Assembly (NCBI GenBank): GCA_951406725.2
Contig: OX597829.1
Span: 54,374,001-54,438,000, forward strand
Direction: 5' to 3'
Length of the DNA: 64,000 nucleotides
Source: Octopus vulgaris
Lineage: Eukaryota
Shown here: positions 53,731 to 64,000 of the stretch, piece by piece
Position numbering within the stretch: the first letter of the stretch is position 1
How the letters are laid out: every line of letters begins with the position of its first letter
Made by a program: the position numbers and the translations under genes
The notes under the pieces: generated by a model
What the model was told of the DNA's origin: nothing
Seen by the model: the letters and a program-made list of their open reading frames with translations, nothing else
The model's database searches: none

Positions 53731-54205
53731 ATGAATATAATCAAAAAAGGGTAATAACATAGATTACTACCAGTGGCCCAGCACAAAAGACGAATTAGTC
53801 ATTAGACAAAATATTATTCATATAGAAAAATATTATTCATATAGAAATATAATTAAGGGCTCCTAAATAAGGATGCCAAGTGCTAGGGACACAAAAAAGG
53901 AATAAATTCATCGAGAGTGAAAATCAAAAGCATTTACCATTAACGATACATCCTGGACTGATCAGTTTCTACCTCTTTCTAGCAAAACAGACAGAATATG
54001 TTTGCTAAGGCCGGTTTCATCAGCGAGACACCTTTGTTAATTCGAGATGCACAGACCGTTAGACCATGTGCTGATCTAAACAACTTGTAAATCTTAACTT
54101 TTCAAACCTCTGCGTAGACGCAAAATCTACCCGGTGATATAGGGCATGGTGGGAAAAAAATTTTATGAACAAATCTATCAAGTAATATGTGAATATAATC
54201 AAAAA
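53731..54205 (-). mobile_element. Hammerhead-bearing repeat with terminal direct repeat, inserted in a SINE microsatellite
   Basis: TGAATATAATCAAAAA occurs at both ends (~53732 and ~54190); the element splits a family-A SINE. Confidence 0.65.
53951..54028 (-). ncRNA. Type I hammerhead, slightly degenerate
   Basis: UCUCG-CUGAUGA-AACC..UAGCAAA..UUUGCUA..GGUA-GAAA-CUGAUCAG-UC^CAGGA. Palindromic helix III, GUC site, one mismatch each in stems I and II. Confidence 0.7.
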
Positions 54206-54514
54206 TATATACGACGGGCTTCTTTCAGTTTCCGTCTACCAAATCAACTCACAAAGCTTTGGTTGGCCTGAGGCTATAGTAGAAGACACTTGCCCAAGGT
54301 GCCATGCAGTGGGAATGAACCCGGAACCATGTGGTTGAGAAGCAAGCTACTTACCACTCCTGCAACTATATATATATATATAAACACACACACACAATAC
54401 ATATGTATATATACATATATATATACATTTATATATATATATACATGTATATATATATGTATACATATATACATACATACATATACATACATACATATAC
54501 ATACATACATACAT

Positions 54515-54563
<49 letters not shown>

Positions 54564-54592
54564 TACATATACATACATACATGCATACATAT

Positions 54593-54636
<44 letters not shown>

Positions 54637-54856
54637 TATATTTATATTCTCTTTTTTATATATATTCTACTTATTATACAACATTACTCTTTTATGTACA
54701 CTTTTTTATGTACATTCCTTTGTGTACACTGATTTGTTCTGCTTTTTTATGTTTAAACCTACAGTCTCTTATGTGGTGGTTTAATAAAGTATGTGATTGA
54801 GTATTATCTGGTGATTGATATTTGATTTAGATGCATTTCTCCATTTTCTTATCTTG

Positions 54857-54887
<31 letters not shown>

Positions 54888-55427
54888 CTCATGGCTCAGT
54901 GGTTAGAGAGTCGGGCTCACAATCATGAGGTAGTGAGTTCGATTCCCTGACAGGCTGTTTGTTGTGTTCTTGAGCAAGACACTTTATTTCACATTGCTTC
55001 AGTTCACTCAGCTGTAGAAATGAGTTGCGACATCCATGGTGCCAAGCTGTATCAGCCTTTGTCTTTCTCTTGGATAAGGTCGATGGCATGGAGAGGTGAG
55101 ACTGGTATGCATGGGTGACTTTATGGTCTTCCATAAACAGCCTTGCCTGGACTTATGCCTCAGAAGGCATCTTTCCAGGTGCTGTGCCACAGTCACTCAT
55201 AACTGAAAGGCGTCTTTAACTGAAAGGTGACAGTGTAAAAGGAAGATGGTGGTGAGGAAACTGTGTAGATGGTGATAATAGTAATAATAATGCTGTTGGT
55301 AGGATTAATGTTGTTGTTGTTGGTGGTGGTTTTACCTGTTTAGTAACGAAAGAAGAATCATGAGATTATGATGATGTTGACTTATTTGTTTTTGCTTTTT
55401 TTTATCGTTTGTATTTATTTCTTCCAG

Positions 55428-55487
55428 GCAATATTCATTCTCATACTGTTGGCATGGGTGTTTGTACCAGTTTACATTTCTGCTGGG
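55428..55487 (+). CDS. SLC5A coding exon 4
   Basis: ttccag|AIFILILLAWVFVPVYISAG|gtaaat. WxFVPxYI motif; 60 nt. Confidence 0.95.
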
Positions 55488-56271
55488 GTAAATATGTTTC
55501 CAATTTCTTAAACAATACTTCCAAATGAACCATTTGTTATCTGTTGAAACTATTTTTAAATAAAAAATATTAGAAAATATATTTTTATTCTGAAAAATTA
55601 TATGTGACCCTTAACTGTATATGTGACCCATAGCTGTATCGGCCAGTGATTTTGGATAAAGACCTTGAAAAACCCACCCCTCCCCAGTAAAAGTAATACT
55701 TTTACAGACAGTGCTAATCATGTTAGTTGTTTAATAGACAGTGCATCAATATTCATTTTTTTTTTGTCAGAGCAGGTGCCACTTAAAAAACACCCAATCC
55801 ACACTGTAAAGTGGTTGGTATTTGGAAGAGTGACCTTGCCTGTGCTTGTGCCATGTAAATAGCACTAAGTCCACTCTGCTGAGTGGTTGGTGTTAGGAAA
55901 GGCACCCAGCTGTAAAATTCCTGCCAAAACAGTTACAGAAGTTTGGTGCAAGCTTCTGCCTGGCCGACTCTTGTTAAACCATCCCACCGGCCATGCCAGC
56001 ATGGAAGGTGGACATTAAAAAATGACAATGATGACAATGATATAAATATATATATGTATACTCATATGTACAAGTGTGCTGAGAAATTAACTGACTAATT
56101 TTCAGAATGATTCGTGGTAGCCCATTATCAACATTTCTACCTGAGAAAGCCAGCTGACTCCATATATATTGCACAAACAATAGATGTACTCTGCAGATTA
56201 CCATGTCTGAATGATTTGCATTAAGGAAGGAGTGGCCATAGACACATATGCATATGTATGTATGTATGTAC

Positions 56272-56991
56272 ATTATTTACAATTGATGGATATTTGTCCT
56301 CATCTTGTTTGTTGTTAACACAACGTTTCGGCTGATATACCCTCTAGCCTTCATCAGGTGTCTTGGGGAAATTTCGAACCTGGGTTCTCATTCCTAAGGT
56401 TTTTTTTCGATGTTGTTGTTATTATAATTGTGTGAGAGAGCAGTGCATGCCATCAAAGTGACACTGGGGTAAAATATACGAAGCCCAGTATACCCATCAT
56501 GACTACCCATCTGATAATGGTACACTAGGTACATACATTACAACCATACATGCGCGACAAGGTGATCTCATATCAAGATAAACAGCGCATGACCTTGCAA
56601 ATGGGGCCCAGTTAGAATTTTCTTCTGGTCAAGTATCCCATCCCGCTGAAAAGGTCCCTGAATAAGGGTTGTTTAAGGATGTTGAACAAAACACCCATGT
56701 TTCCAAAGGTGAATTATTCAAACCCCAAAGAATTCCATGGCTATGATGGTCCCCTACTACTTCTGCTCGTGATCGGAGATGCACATATCGTCAGCCAGTA
56801 AGGGACATGCTCAACTGGTTAAGGTCAAACAACTGACAAGCAAATCTGTGGTATTGAGCAGAATATTTGCTGTAGCCCATCTTTTATACCAAGACAAAAC
56901 AATGTACATGATAACACTTCCAATCAGTTAAGATCAGAAGCCATGAGAGCCACTGCCTGGTATTGCATCAGGGCATTTATTATTATTATTA

Positions 56992-57051
<60 letters not shown>

Positions 57052-57188
57052 TCACTACCTGGAATCGAGCTCGGAATCTTGGGGTTAGTAGCCCACACTT
57101 CTAACCACTGCGCCATATGCCCGTGAGCATAGTGGTTAAGAGCGCAGGCTACTAACTCCAAGATTCCGAATTCAATTCCAGGTAGTGA

Positions 57189-57239
<51 letters not shown>

Positions 57240-57257
57240 CATTGAAATATACCTTAA
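56272..57257. mobile_element. tRNA-headed, hammerhead-containing SINE (- strand) with an inverted partial copy and a nested insertion
   Basis: tRNA-like head 57122->57048 (TGGCGCAGTGG A box, GCTCGATTCC B box), (AAT)n, then body with hammerhead 56425->56272. Mirror copy 57127-57257 on +. About 545 bp of unrelated sequence at 56430-56976. Confidence 0.7.
56318..56361 (-). ncRNA. Minimal type I hammerhead (Penelope-type)
   Basis: ACAC-CUGAUGA-A-GGCU..AGCC-GAAA-CG-UU^GUGU. Helix III is reduced to the palindrome AACGUU. Confidence 0.8.
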
Positions 57258-57743
57258 AAAGCATAATTCAACCGTGGTAGATGCAAGTGCCGCCTGACTA
57301 GCCCCTGTGCTGCTACTCTCTTGAAGTGGTTGGTGTTAGGGAGGGTGTCCAGCTGTAGAAACCTTGCCAGATCAGATTGGCGCCTGGTGCAGCCCCCTGG
57401 CTTGGAAGTCCTCAGTCAAACCATCCAACCCATGCCAGCATTGAAAGTGGACATTAAATGATGATGATGATTGTGATGATGATGATGATGATGATGATTA
57501 TACATACACAAACATATATGCATATACATATATTGTGTTTTTAATCACAGAACATCTATAGCAGATACTATCTCTGGATGAATACCGCAGTAAATTTACC
57601 TTTCAATGATGCATTTACATTAGGTATGATACACAGGTGGCTATTTTAATCTAATACTTTTATTGTATATAACTTATGTATATATTTCTGTGAACTGACA
57701 AGCAATGTACAAAATATATAAAGTTATCTGTTTATTGTTTCAG

Positions 57744-57848
57744 GTTTACACTATGCCGGAATACATAAATAAGCGATTTGGTGGAAGACGAATACACACA
57801 TATCTCAGTTGCTTGGCTCTACTTCTTTACGTTTTTACAAAAATATCT
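57744..57848 (+). CDS. SLC5A coding exon 5
   Basis: tttcag|[35 protein letters not shown]|gtaagt. TMPEY..KRFGG and FTKIS motifs; 105 nt. Confidence 0.97.
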
Positions 57849-58763
57849 GTAAGTTTACAAATTTATTTGTTTACTTCAACTAATCCTTTAGTATTCAGAT
57901 TACTGTCAAATGTCATGCTTGGCCGTAGCCAGTACCGCATCGACTGGCCTCCGTGCTGTGGGTACGTAACAAACACCATCCAATCACGGCCGTTCGCCAG
58001 CCTCGTCTGGCACCTGTGTCGGTGGCACATAAAAAACACCATCCGAGTGTGGCCGTTCGCCAGCCTCGTCTGGCACCTGTGTCGGTGGCACATAAAATCA
58101 CCCACTACACTCTCGGAGTGGTTGGCGTTAGGAAGGGTATCCAGCTGTAGAAACACTGTCAGATTTGACTGGCCTGGTGCAGCCTTCGGGCTTCCCAGAC
58201 CCCAGTTGAACCATTCAACCCATGCTAGCATGGAAAGCGGACGTTAAATGATGATGATGATGATGATGATGATTCATATTGTCATCAATTAAGCATCATT
58301 CATCATTTAGCTTTGAGATTTTGATGAAGTAACTGTTCATTTTTAGAACTATATTGTAGGATTTGTGTGAGAGGTCTGATCTGGTCAGTTTGAACATAAA
58401 ACAGGCAGAATATTTAAACCAGATATGGCCGGTTTAAATGCTAAAGAGTAAAGTTAATTACTTGTTATTAGCAGGGAAAGTTGATTAGAATGTTATGACT
58501 GCAGACACATGCACAATGTTAGTTTTTCTTTTAACTTTCACTTGTCTCAATCATTGGACTCTGACCATGCTGGAGCACCACCTTGAAGGGTTTATTGACC
58601 AAATCGACCCCTAGTACTTAATCATTTTTTTTCTCTTTTGCTAAACCTAATACTTATTCTCTCAGTCTCTCATTTGCTGACCTGCTAAGTTACAAGAACG
58701 TAGACCAACATCTGGTGGTAGAGAACAAACGCAAAGACACACACACACACTCACACACATACA

Positions 58764-58818
<55 letters not shown>

Positions 58819-59128
58819 GCACACACATACACATACACACACACATGCACACACACACAAGTATCCATAATGGAATTCTTTCGGTCTTTGTCTACCAAAT
58901 GCACTCACAAAGCATTGATCAGCCAGGGTCTATAGTATAAGACATTTGCCCAAGGTGCCGTGCAAAGGAACTGAACTGAAAACCATGTGGTTGGAAAGCA
59001 AACTTCTTACCACACAGCTATGCTTGCACCTATCGTGACAAACTTATTAAATAAAATCTGTAATAAAACAGAACTATATCCATATAACTGTAAGTAAATA
59101 ACTTTCATATCAAACGCTGTGTACAATG

Positions 59129-59543
59129 GGCGCAGGAGTGGCTGTGTGGTAAGTAGCTTGCTAACCAACCACATGGTTCCGGGTTCAGTCCCACTGCGTG
59201 GCATCTTGGGCAAGTGTCTTCTGCTATAGTCCCGGGCCGACCAATGCCTTGTGAGTGGATTTGGTAGACGGAAACTGAAAGAAGCCCGTCGTATATATGT
59301 ATATATATATATATGTATGTATGTATGTGTGTGTGTTTGTGTGTTTGTGTTTGTTCCCCTAGCATTGCTTGACAACCGATGCTGGTGTGTTTATGTCCCC
59401 GTCACTTAGCGGTTCGGCAAAAGAACTGATAGAATAAGTACTGGGCTTACAAAGAATAAGTCCCGGGGTCGATTTGCTCGACTAAAGGCAGTGCTCCAGC
59501 ATGGCCGCAGTCAAATGACTGAAACAAGTAAAAGAGTAAAAGA
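59129..59543 (+). mobile_element. Full-length tRNA-derived SINE, family A (internal TA/TG microsatellite, AAAAGAGT tail)
   Basis: GGCGCAGGAGTGGCTGTGTGG..GGTTCAGTCCC head. Other copies at ~1-305(-), 350-1670(-, nested), 14768-15108, 19545-19800(-), 33949-34340, 53495-54360(-), 58525-59030(-) and shorter pieces. Confidence 0.9.
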
Positions 59544-59606
59544 ATGTTATATAAATTAAATTCTTGCTTTATAACATTTTTATTCTGTTTATTAATTTGG
59601 TTCCAG

Positions 59607-59712
59607 GCTGACTTGTACTCAGGTGCTTTATTCATCACTCTAGCTGCTGACATGAATATCTACCTTGCTGTACTCATATTACTTGTAATATCTGCAATGT
59701 TCACCATAGGAG
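59607..59712 (+). CDS. SLC5A coding exon 6 (gene continues beyond window)
   Basis: ttccag|ADLYSGALFITLAADMNIYLAVLILLVISAMFTIG+G|gtaaga. 106 nt, ends in phase 1. Confidence 0.96.
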
Positions 59713-61331
59713 GTAAGATTTTAAAAAAGCTTCTTAATCGATCCATCCGTTTGTTGTTTAATCCTTTTAATATCAATCTGATTGAAGCTGTTCCTGGTCC
59801 TTTGATACAAAATCAGTGTTTTAAAGTGTTCTAAAATAAAACCTCCTTTCAAAATTTCATGATAATCTATGTTCCTAAAACAAGCTTAATACTGACAAAA
59901 TCCTTTTACTAAATTCTTCGTTATTTTCAAAACTATGCGCACACACACACATATATATAATGAATGTAAGACTTAAAAGAGATCTAAGGAAGAACATGGC
60001 CGTTGCCAGCCTCGCCTGGCCTCCGTGCCGGTGGCACGTAAAAGCACCATCCGTTCGTGGCCGTTGCCAGCCTCGCCTGGCTCTTGTGCGGGTGGCACAT
60101 AAAAAGCACCCACTACACTCACGGAGTGGTTGGCATTAGGAAGGGCATCCAGCTGTAGAAACACTGCCAGATCAGACTGGGCCTGGTGCAGCCTTTGGGC
60201 TTCCCAGACCCCAGTTGAACCGTCCAACCCATGCGAGCATGGAAAACGGACGCTAAATGATGATGATGATGATGAATAGCAACAATGGCAGTGTATTTCA
60301 ATAGAAATAGGGTTCTAAAAGTATTAGATTGAAAGGATGCATTTCTGTTTTACGGGATACAATTTTTACTTCATTACAAGAATCATTGAATTTTGTTTCA
60401 TGAAATATTGTTTTTGCAGTTTTATTGCTGTTTGCAGATGCAAATTTATTAGTCTGAGTTTTATAAAATGCATGTATCTTGGTTTTAGAATAGTTAGAAA
60501 ATATCTTTGTGTACTGTAAGAGGTGACAAAAATAGTTGGCATCAGAAAGGGTGCCCAAACATATAACACTCTTTTAAAAAAGGGAACTGAAAATTGTTAT
60601 AGGGGCTGTTTGGGGGTTGCTTTAGTAAAGGAATTAGCATTAATCCATTACCATTCTGATTACTCTGTCAAATGTAATGTCTCTTTACTCTCATTGTTTT
60701 GAATTTATCATGCATTATATCATAGGGTCAAGATTCCAATGATGTGATTGCTTACTTTTAGAATGACTTTATAGGGTAGGTGTGAGAGAGCAGATCTGGC
60801 CATTTTAAGCAGAATATTTGGTTGAGTATTTGGGCCAAATACGGTTGGTTTAATCCCTAACTTTAAGACTTTTTCTGTATTGCTTATTTGTTCACATTGT
60901 TTTGAATTAACCATGCATCACCTTTATTTCAACAATGTGATTGTAAATTCTTAGAATGACATTACAGGGCAGATGTGAGAGGTTGGGTAGGCTCATTTGA
61001 GCATAAAACAGATTGAATATTTAGGCCAGATGTGGCCAGGTTAAATACTAAAATGTTTCAAGCATTTGCTATTGATGTTGTTTGGTTTTATAAATTATGA
61101 CTTTGGTTTCTGTAGTTTACTAGTTTTATAATAATAAGAGAAAATACTTTTATTTCTTTGCAGTAGGTTAAGTGTGTATAATATCTTTGGCTTTCAAATC
61201 TCAGCAGTTTGTTCTCATATAAGTTTAGGAAGCTATTCTATAAGTATATATATATATATGAGGGAATATTGTTCCAAATTTACAAGGAAAAATTCAATTT
61301 AGAAATACTAAATCAAATTTCACAAAATATA

Positions 61332-61382
<51 letters not shown>

Positions 61383-61416
61383 TAGAAAAAAAACACCTTT
61401 TATCAATTCAATAATT

Positions 61417-61459
<43 letters not shown>

Positions 61460-61535
61460 TAATAAAGGGTAAAAATCATTAATGATTTTACCAAAGGGTC
61501 AGCACCGAAATAAAAACCTTATAGGTGAATTTTAC

Positions 61536-61832
61536 AAATATTATAATAATTATATACATAATTATAACAAGGGATTGGCTATAAGCCTCTCCACATGCTA
61601 GATGCCAAAAGACACTAATATCACCTTAAAAACTCCAAAAAATAAAACACAGGCTGTAGTCGAGCAAAAGAAAGATAATGCCTTAAATTTTTGGTTAAAA
61701 GTGTACAAGATCCCGTTTCAAGCTTAAGGTAGTTTTTAAGGTGGTATTAGTGTTTCTTGGCATCTATTTCTAGCGTGTAGAGAGGCTTATAGCCAATCCC
61801 CTGTTATAATTATGTATATAATTATAATATTT
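61536..61832. repeat. Inverted repeat, ~100-bp arms
   Basis: GGGATTGGCTATAAGCCTCT..CACCTTAAAAACT is mirrored at 61731-61832; spacer ends in a hammerhead-like 3' half (GAAA-CGGGAUCUUG-UA, - strand). Confidence 0.85.
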
Positions 61833-61863
<31 letters not shown>

Positions 61864-62442
61864 TAAAATAAAGATACAAAATGGGACAAGAACGCAAAAC
61901 ATCCGGACAACTAGGTGATACAAAAAGGGACAACAAAACATCCAGATAGATGATACAAAAAACACGGACGAGTCATTTGAAGCCTTTAATCTTCAGTCAA
62001 GAACCGGATCATCCTCGCAATTTCGGCTGATTAATTTTGAGATTGTTCCAATCTGGCCAGCCCCAAGGAAAAACTAAGCTAAGAGTATTAGATTCCTTGG
62101 AAAAAAGCATCGAATGTATACGAAACAAGGACGGAAAAACGGACGATGTTACATGAATATAAATACAAAAATAATATAAAAAAACAAAAATAATAATAAT
62201 TATAACAGGACATAATAACAGGCGTCTTTCAACTGGAGACATATTGAATTCAGCTGCGTGTTGGGAATTAAGCCTTACGGCAGAGGGAAGAATATCGATG
62301 TAGCAGTGACCGTGGTCAAATGCAAAAGGGCTACCAGTCAGCCAACGGTCATGTGAGCAGATATAGATTATTTTATTTATTAGGGAATAAAAATTCCGGC
62401 GTCACAGGGATTCAAATAAAATGAATTATTTTCGATAAGGAA

Positions 62443-63021
62443 ATATATGTTATTTAGAGATAGAAGTCCCCATGCAATTCATCAAATCCTAATATACATC
62501 ACACCATATCATAGAGTTTTATTTTAATACTTACTATTTCAGTTCCAAATTTCTCTGCTACACATATTTCATGAGGTGCGTTTAACATTCCTTAATCACG
62601 CTGTGTTTTACAGGAAAATTTCTTAAATGCAATGTTTATAGGCATAAGTCACGCTTGAATTTAGTTTTGTAAATTTTTAATTTTTAATCAATTAAATTAT
62701 GGCTTGCACAGCAAGGTTCAGCGAATTTATTTGCACATATGCATATTTGTCTGTTAATTACATTCATAACTGTTAAAATATTAAAATATAGAAATTGGTA
62801 TTGAATTATAATAAAGTTATCAAGGGCCCTGACGATTGGGGTCGCATTTAAGAAATGTTCCTGTAAAAGACTGCGTGTATAAGAAATGTTAAACACACCT
62901 CATGAAACACGTGTAGCAGAGAAATTTAGATATGATTAGTAAGTATTAAAATAAAATTCTATGATATGGTGTGATGTATATTAGGATTTGATGAATTGCA
63001 TGGGGACTTCTATCTCTAAAT

Positions 63022-63030
<9 letters not shown>
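62443..63030. repeat. Inverted repeat, ~190-bp arms, ~210-bp spacer
   Basis: ATATATGTTATTTAGAGATAGAAGTCCCCATGCAATTCATC.. is mirrored at 62844-63030. Confidence 0.88.
62825..62919 (+). ncRNA. Possible hammerhead with defective stem I
   Basis: CUGACGA-U-UGGGGU..ACCUCA-U-GAAA-CACGUG-UA-GCAG. Palindromic helix III, but stem I barely pairs. Confidence 0.35.
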
Positions 63031-63062
<32 letters not shown>

Positions 63063-64000
63063 TGATATGATGTGCTTGAGAAGACTCATCAAGCCAAGTG
63101 AAATTGCAGCTGTGACTGATGCCGGTGCCACATAACTGGCACCTTGTACTGGTGGCATGTAAAAAGCACCAATTACACTCTTGGAGCGGTTGGCATTAGG
63201 AAGAACATCCAGCCATAGAAACCATACCAAGTCAGACTGGAGTCTCATGCAGCTGTCCAGCTTACTAGTTTCAGTTAAACTGTTTAACCCATGCTAGCAT
63301 GGAAAGCAGATGCTAAACGATGATGATAATATATAAGCACAGGCACGACTGTGTGGTAAGAAGTTTGGTTCTGAACCACATGCTTCTGGGTTCAATCCCA
63401 CTGCATGGCACCTTGGGCAAGTGTCTTCTATAGCTTGTCAGTGGATTTGGTAGGTGGAAACTGAAAGAAGATCATTTTGTGTGTATATCATCATCATCTA
63501 ATTTGAAAATTTACCAAAATACCCCAAAACTGAGCTGAATGTTTTCTCTGGGTTGTTTTAGCCTGGAGAAAGGTTCGTGTCACCAACTAAATTTAAAATA
63601 AAATATCACAGGTTTTGCACAAAGTTCACATTTGAATAGTGAGAAAAAGAAAATTGTCCAGAATACACACTTGGTAACTTGAAGTCAATAAAGGTGGCAT
63701 TGAAAGAACATACAAAAGATGTGTTAGGTATATGGAAACAAGACAAAACTCAACAGCCAGATTAGAAAACTTGCTTACAACCAATTGAAAGGTGAAGTAA
63801 AAGAAACATTTTGTGGCAATATGTCGTGCTTGAGAAGACCTCTCGTATCAAGTGAAGCCGTAATCATGGTCGATGCCAGTGTAACAGGCACCCATGCCAG
63901 TAGCATGTAAAGTGTACCCTTCAAATCTTGGACTTCACGAAGGTGATAAATGACCAAGACTTTTGGTTATATGCTGTGCTTGAGAAGAAGAGCCATCAAG

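Noticed and set aside
57048-57195. Two tRNA-like sequences with an ACT anticodon
   Set aside because: No proper acceptor stem and followed by (AAT)n; these are SINE heads, not tRNA genes.
57705-58247. 180-aa ORF as a standalone gene
   Set aside because: It is exon 5 read through its donor into MITE and RTE sequence.
61975-62070. GGCUG/CAGCC-GAAA stem and nearby CUGAAGA on the - strand
   Set aside because: Core elements are in the wrong order for type I and stems I/III do not close for type II; probably a Penelope-like end but not supportable as a ribozyme.

Overview
AT-rich, microsatellite- and transposon-saturated animal genomic DNA. The SINE families, RTE 3' tails and (TA)n-targeted Penelope-like repeats suggest an octopus or other coleoid cephalopod (inference). 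One host gene is present: the first six coding exons of a + strand SLC5A sodium/glucose-cotransporter-like gene (15353-59712, continuing past the window), all with GT-AG introns and exon sizes matching human SGLT1 as I recall them. The rest is mobile DNA: a near full-length RTE LINE, many truncated RTE 3' ends, an L1/Tx1 relic, mariner, piggyBac, hAT-like and pogo relics, tRNA SINEs, an LTR-like element, and Penelope-type repeats with hammerhead ribozymes and fold-back inversions. Top observation: the 5' end of the RTE LINE (14278-14335, - strand) folds like a flavivirus class-1a exoribonuclease-resistant RNA (xrRNA), a three-way junction plus pseudoknot. The same fold recurs as three tandem copies in an unrelated LTR-like element (31033-31208), with compensatory base changes. 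All folds were made by eye and family names come from recalled motifs; no searches were run.
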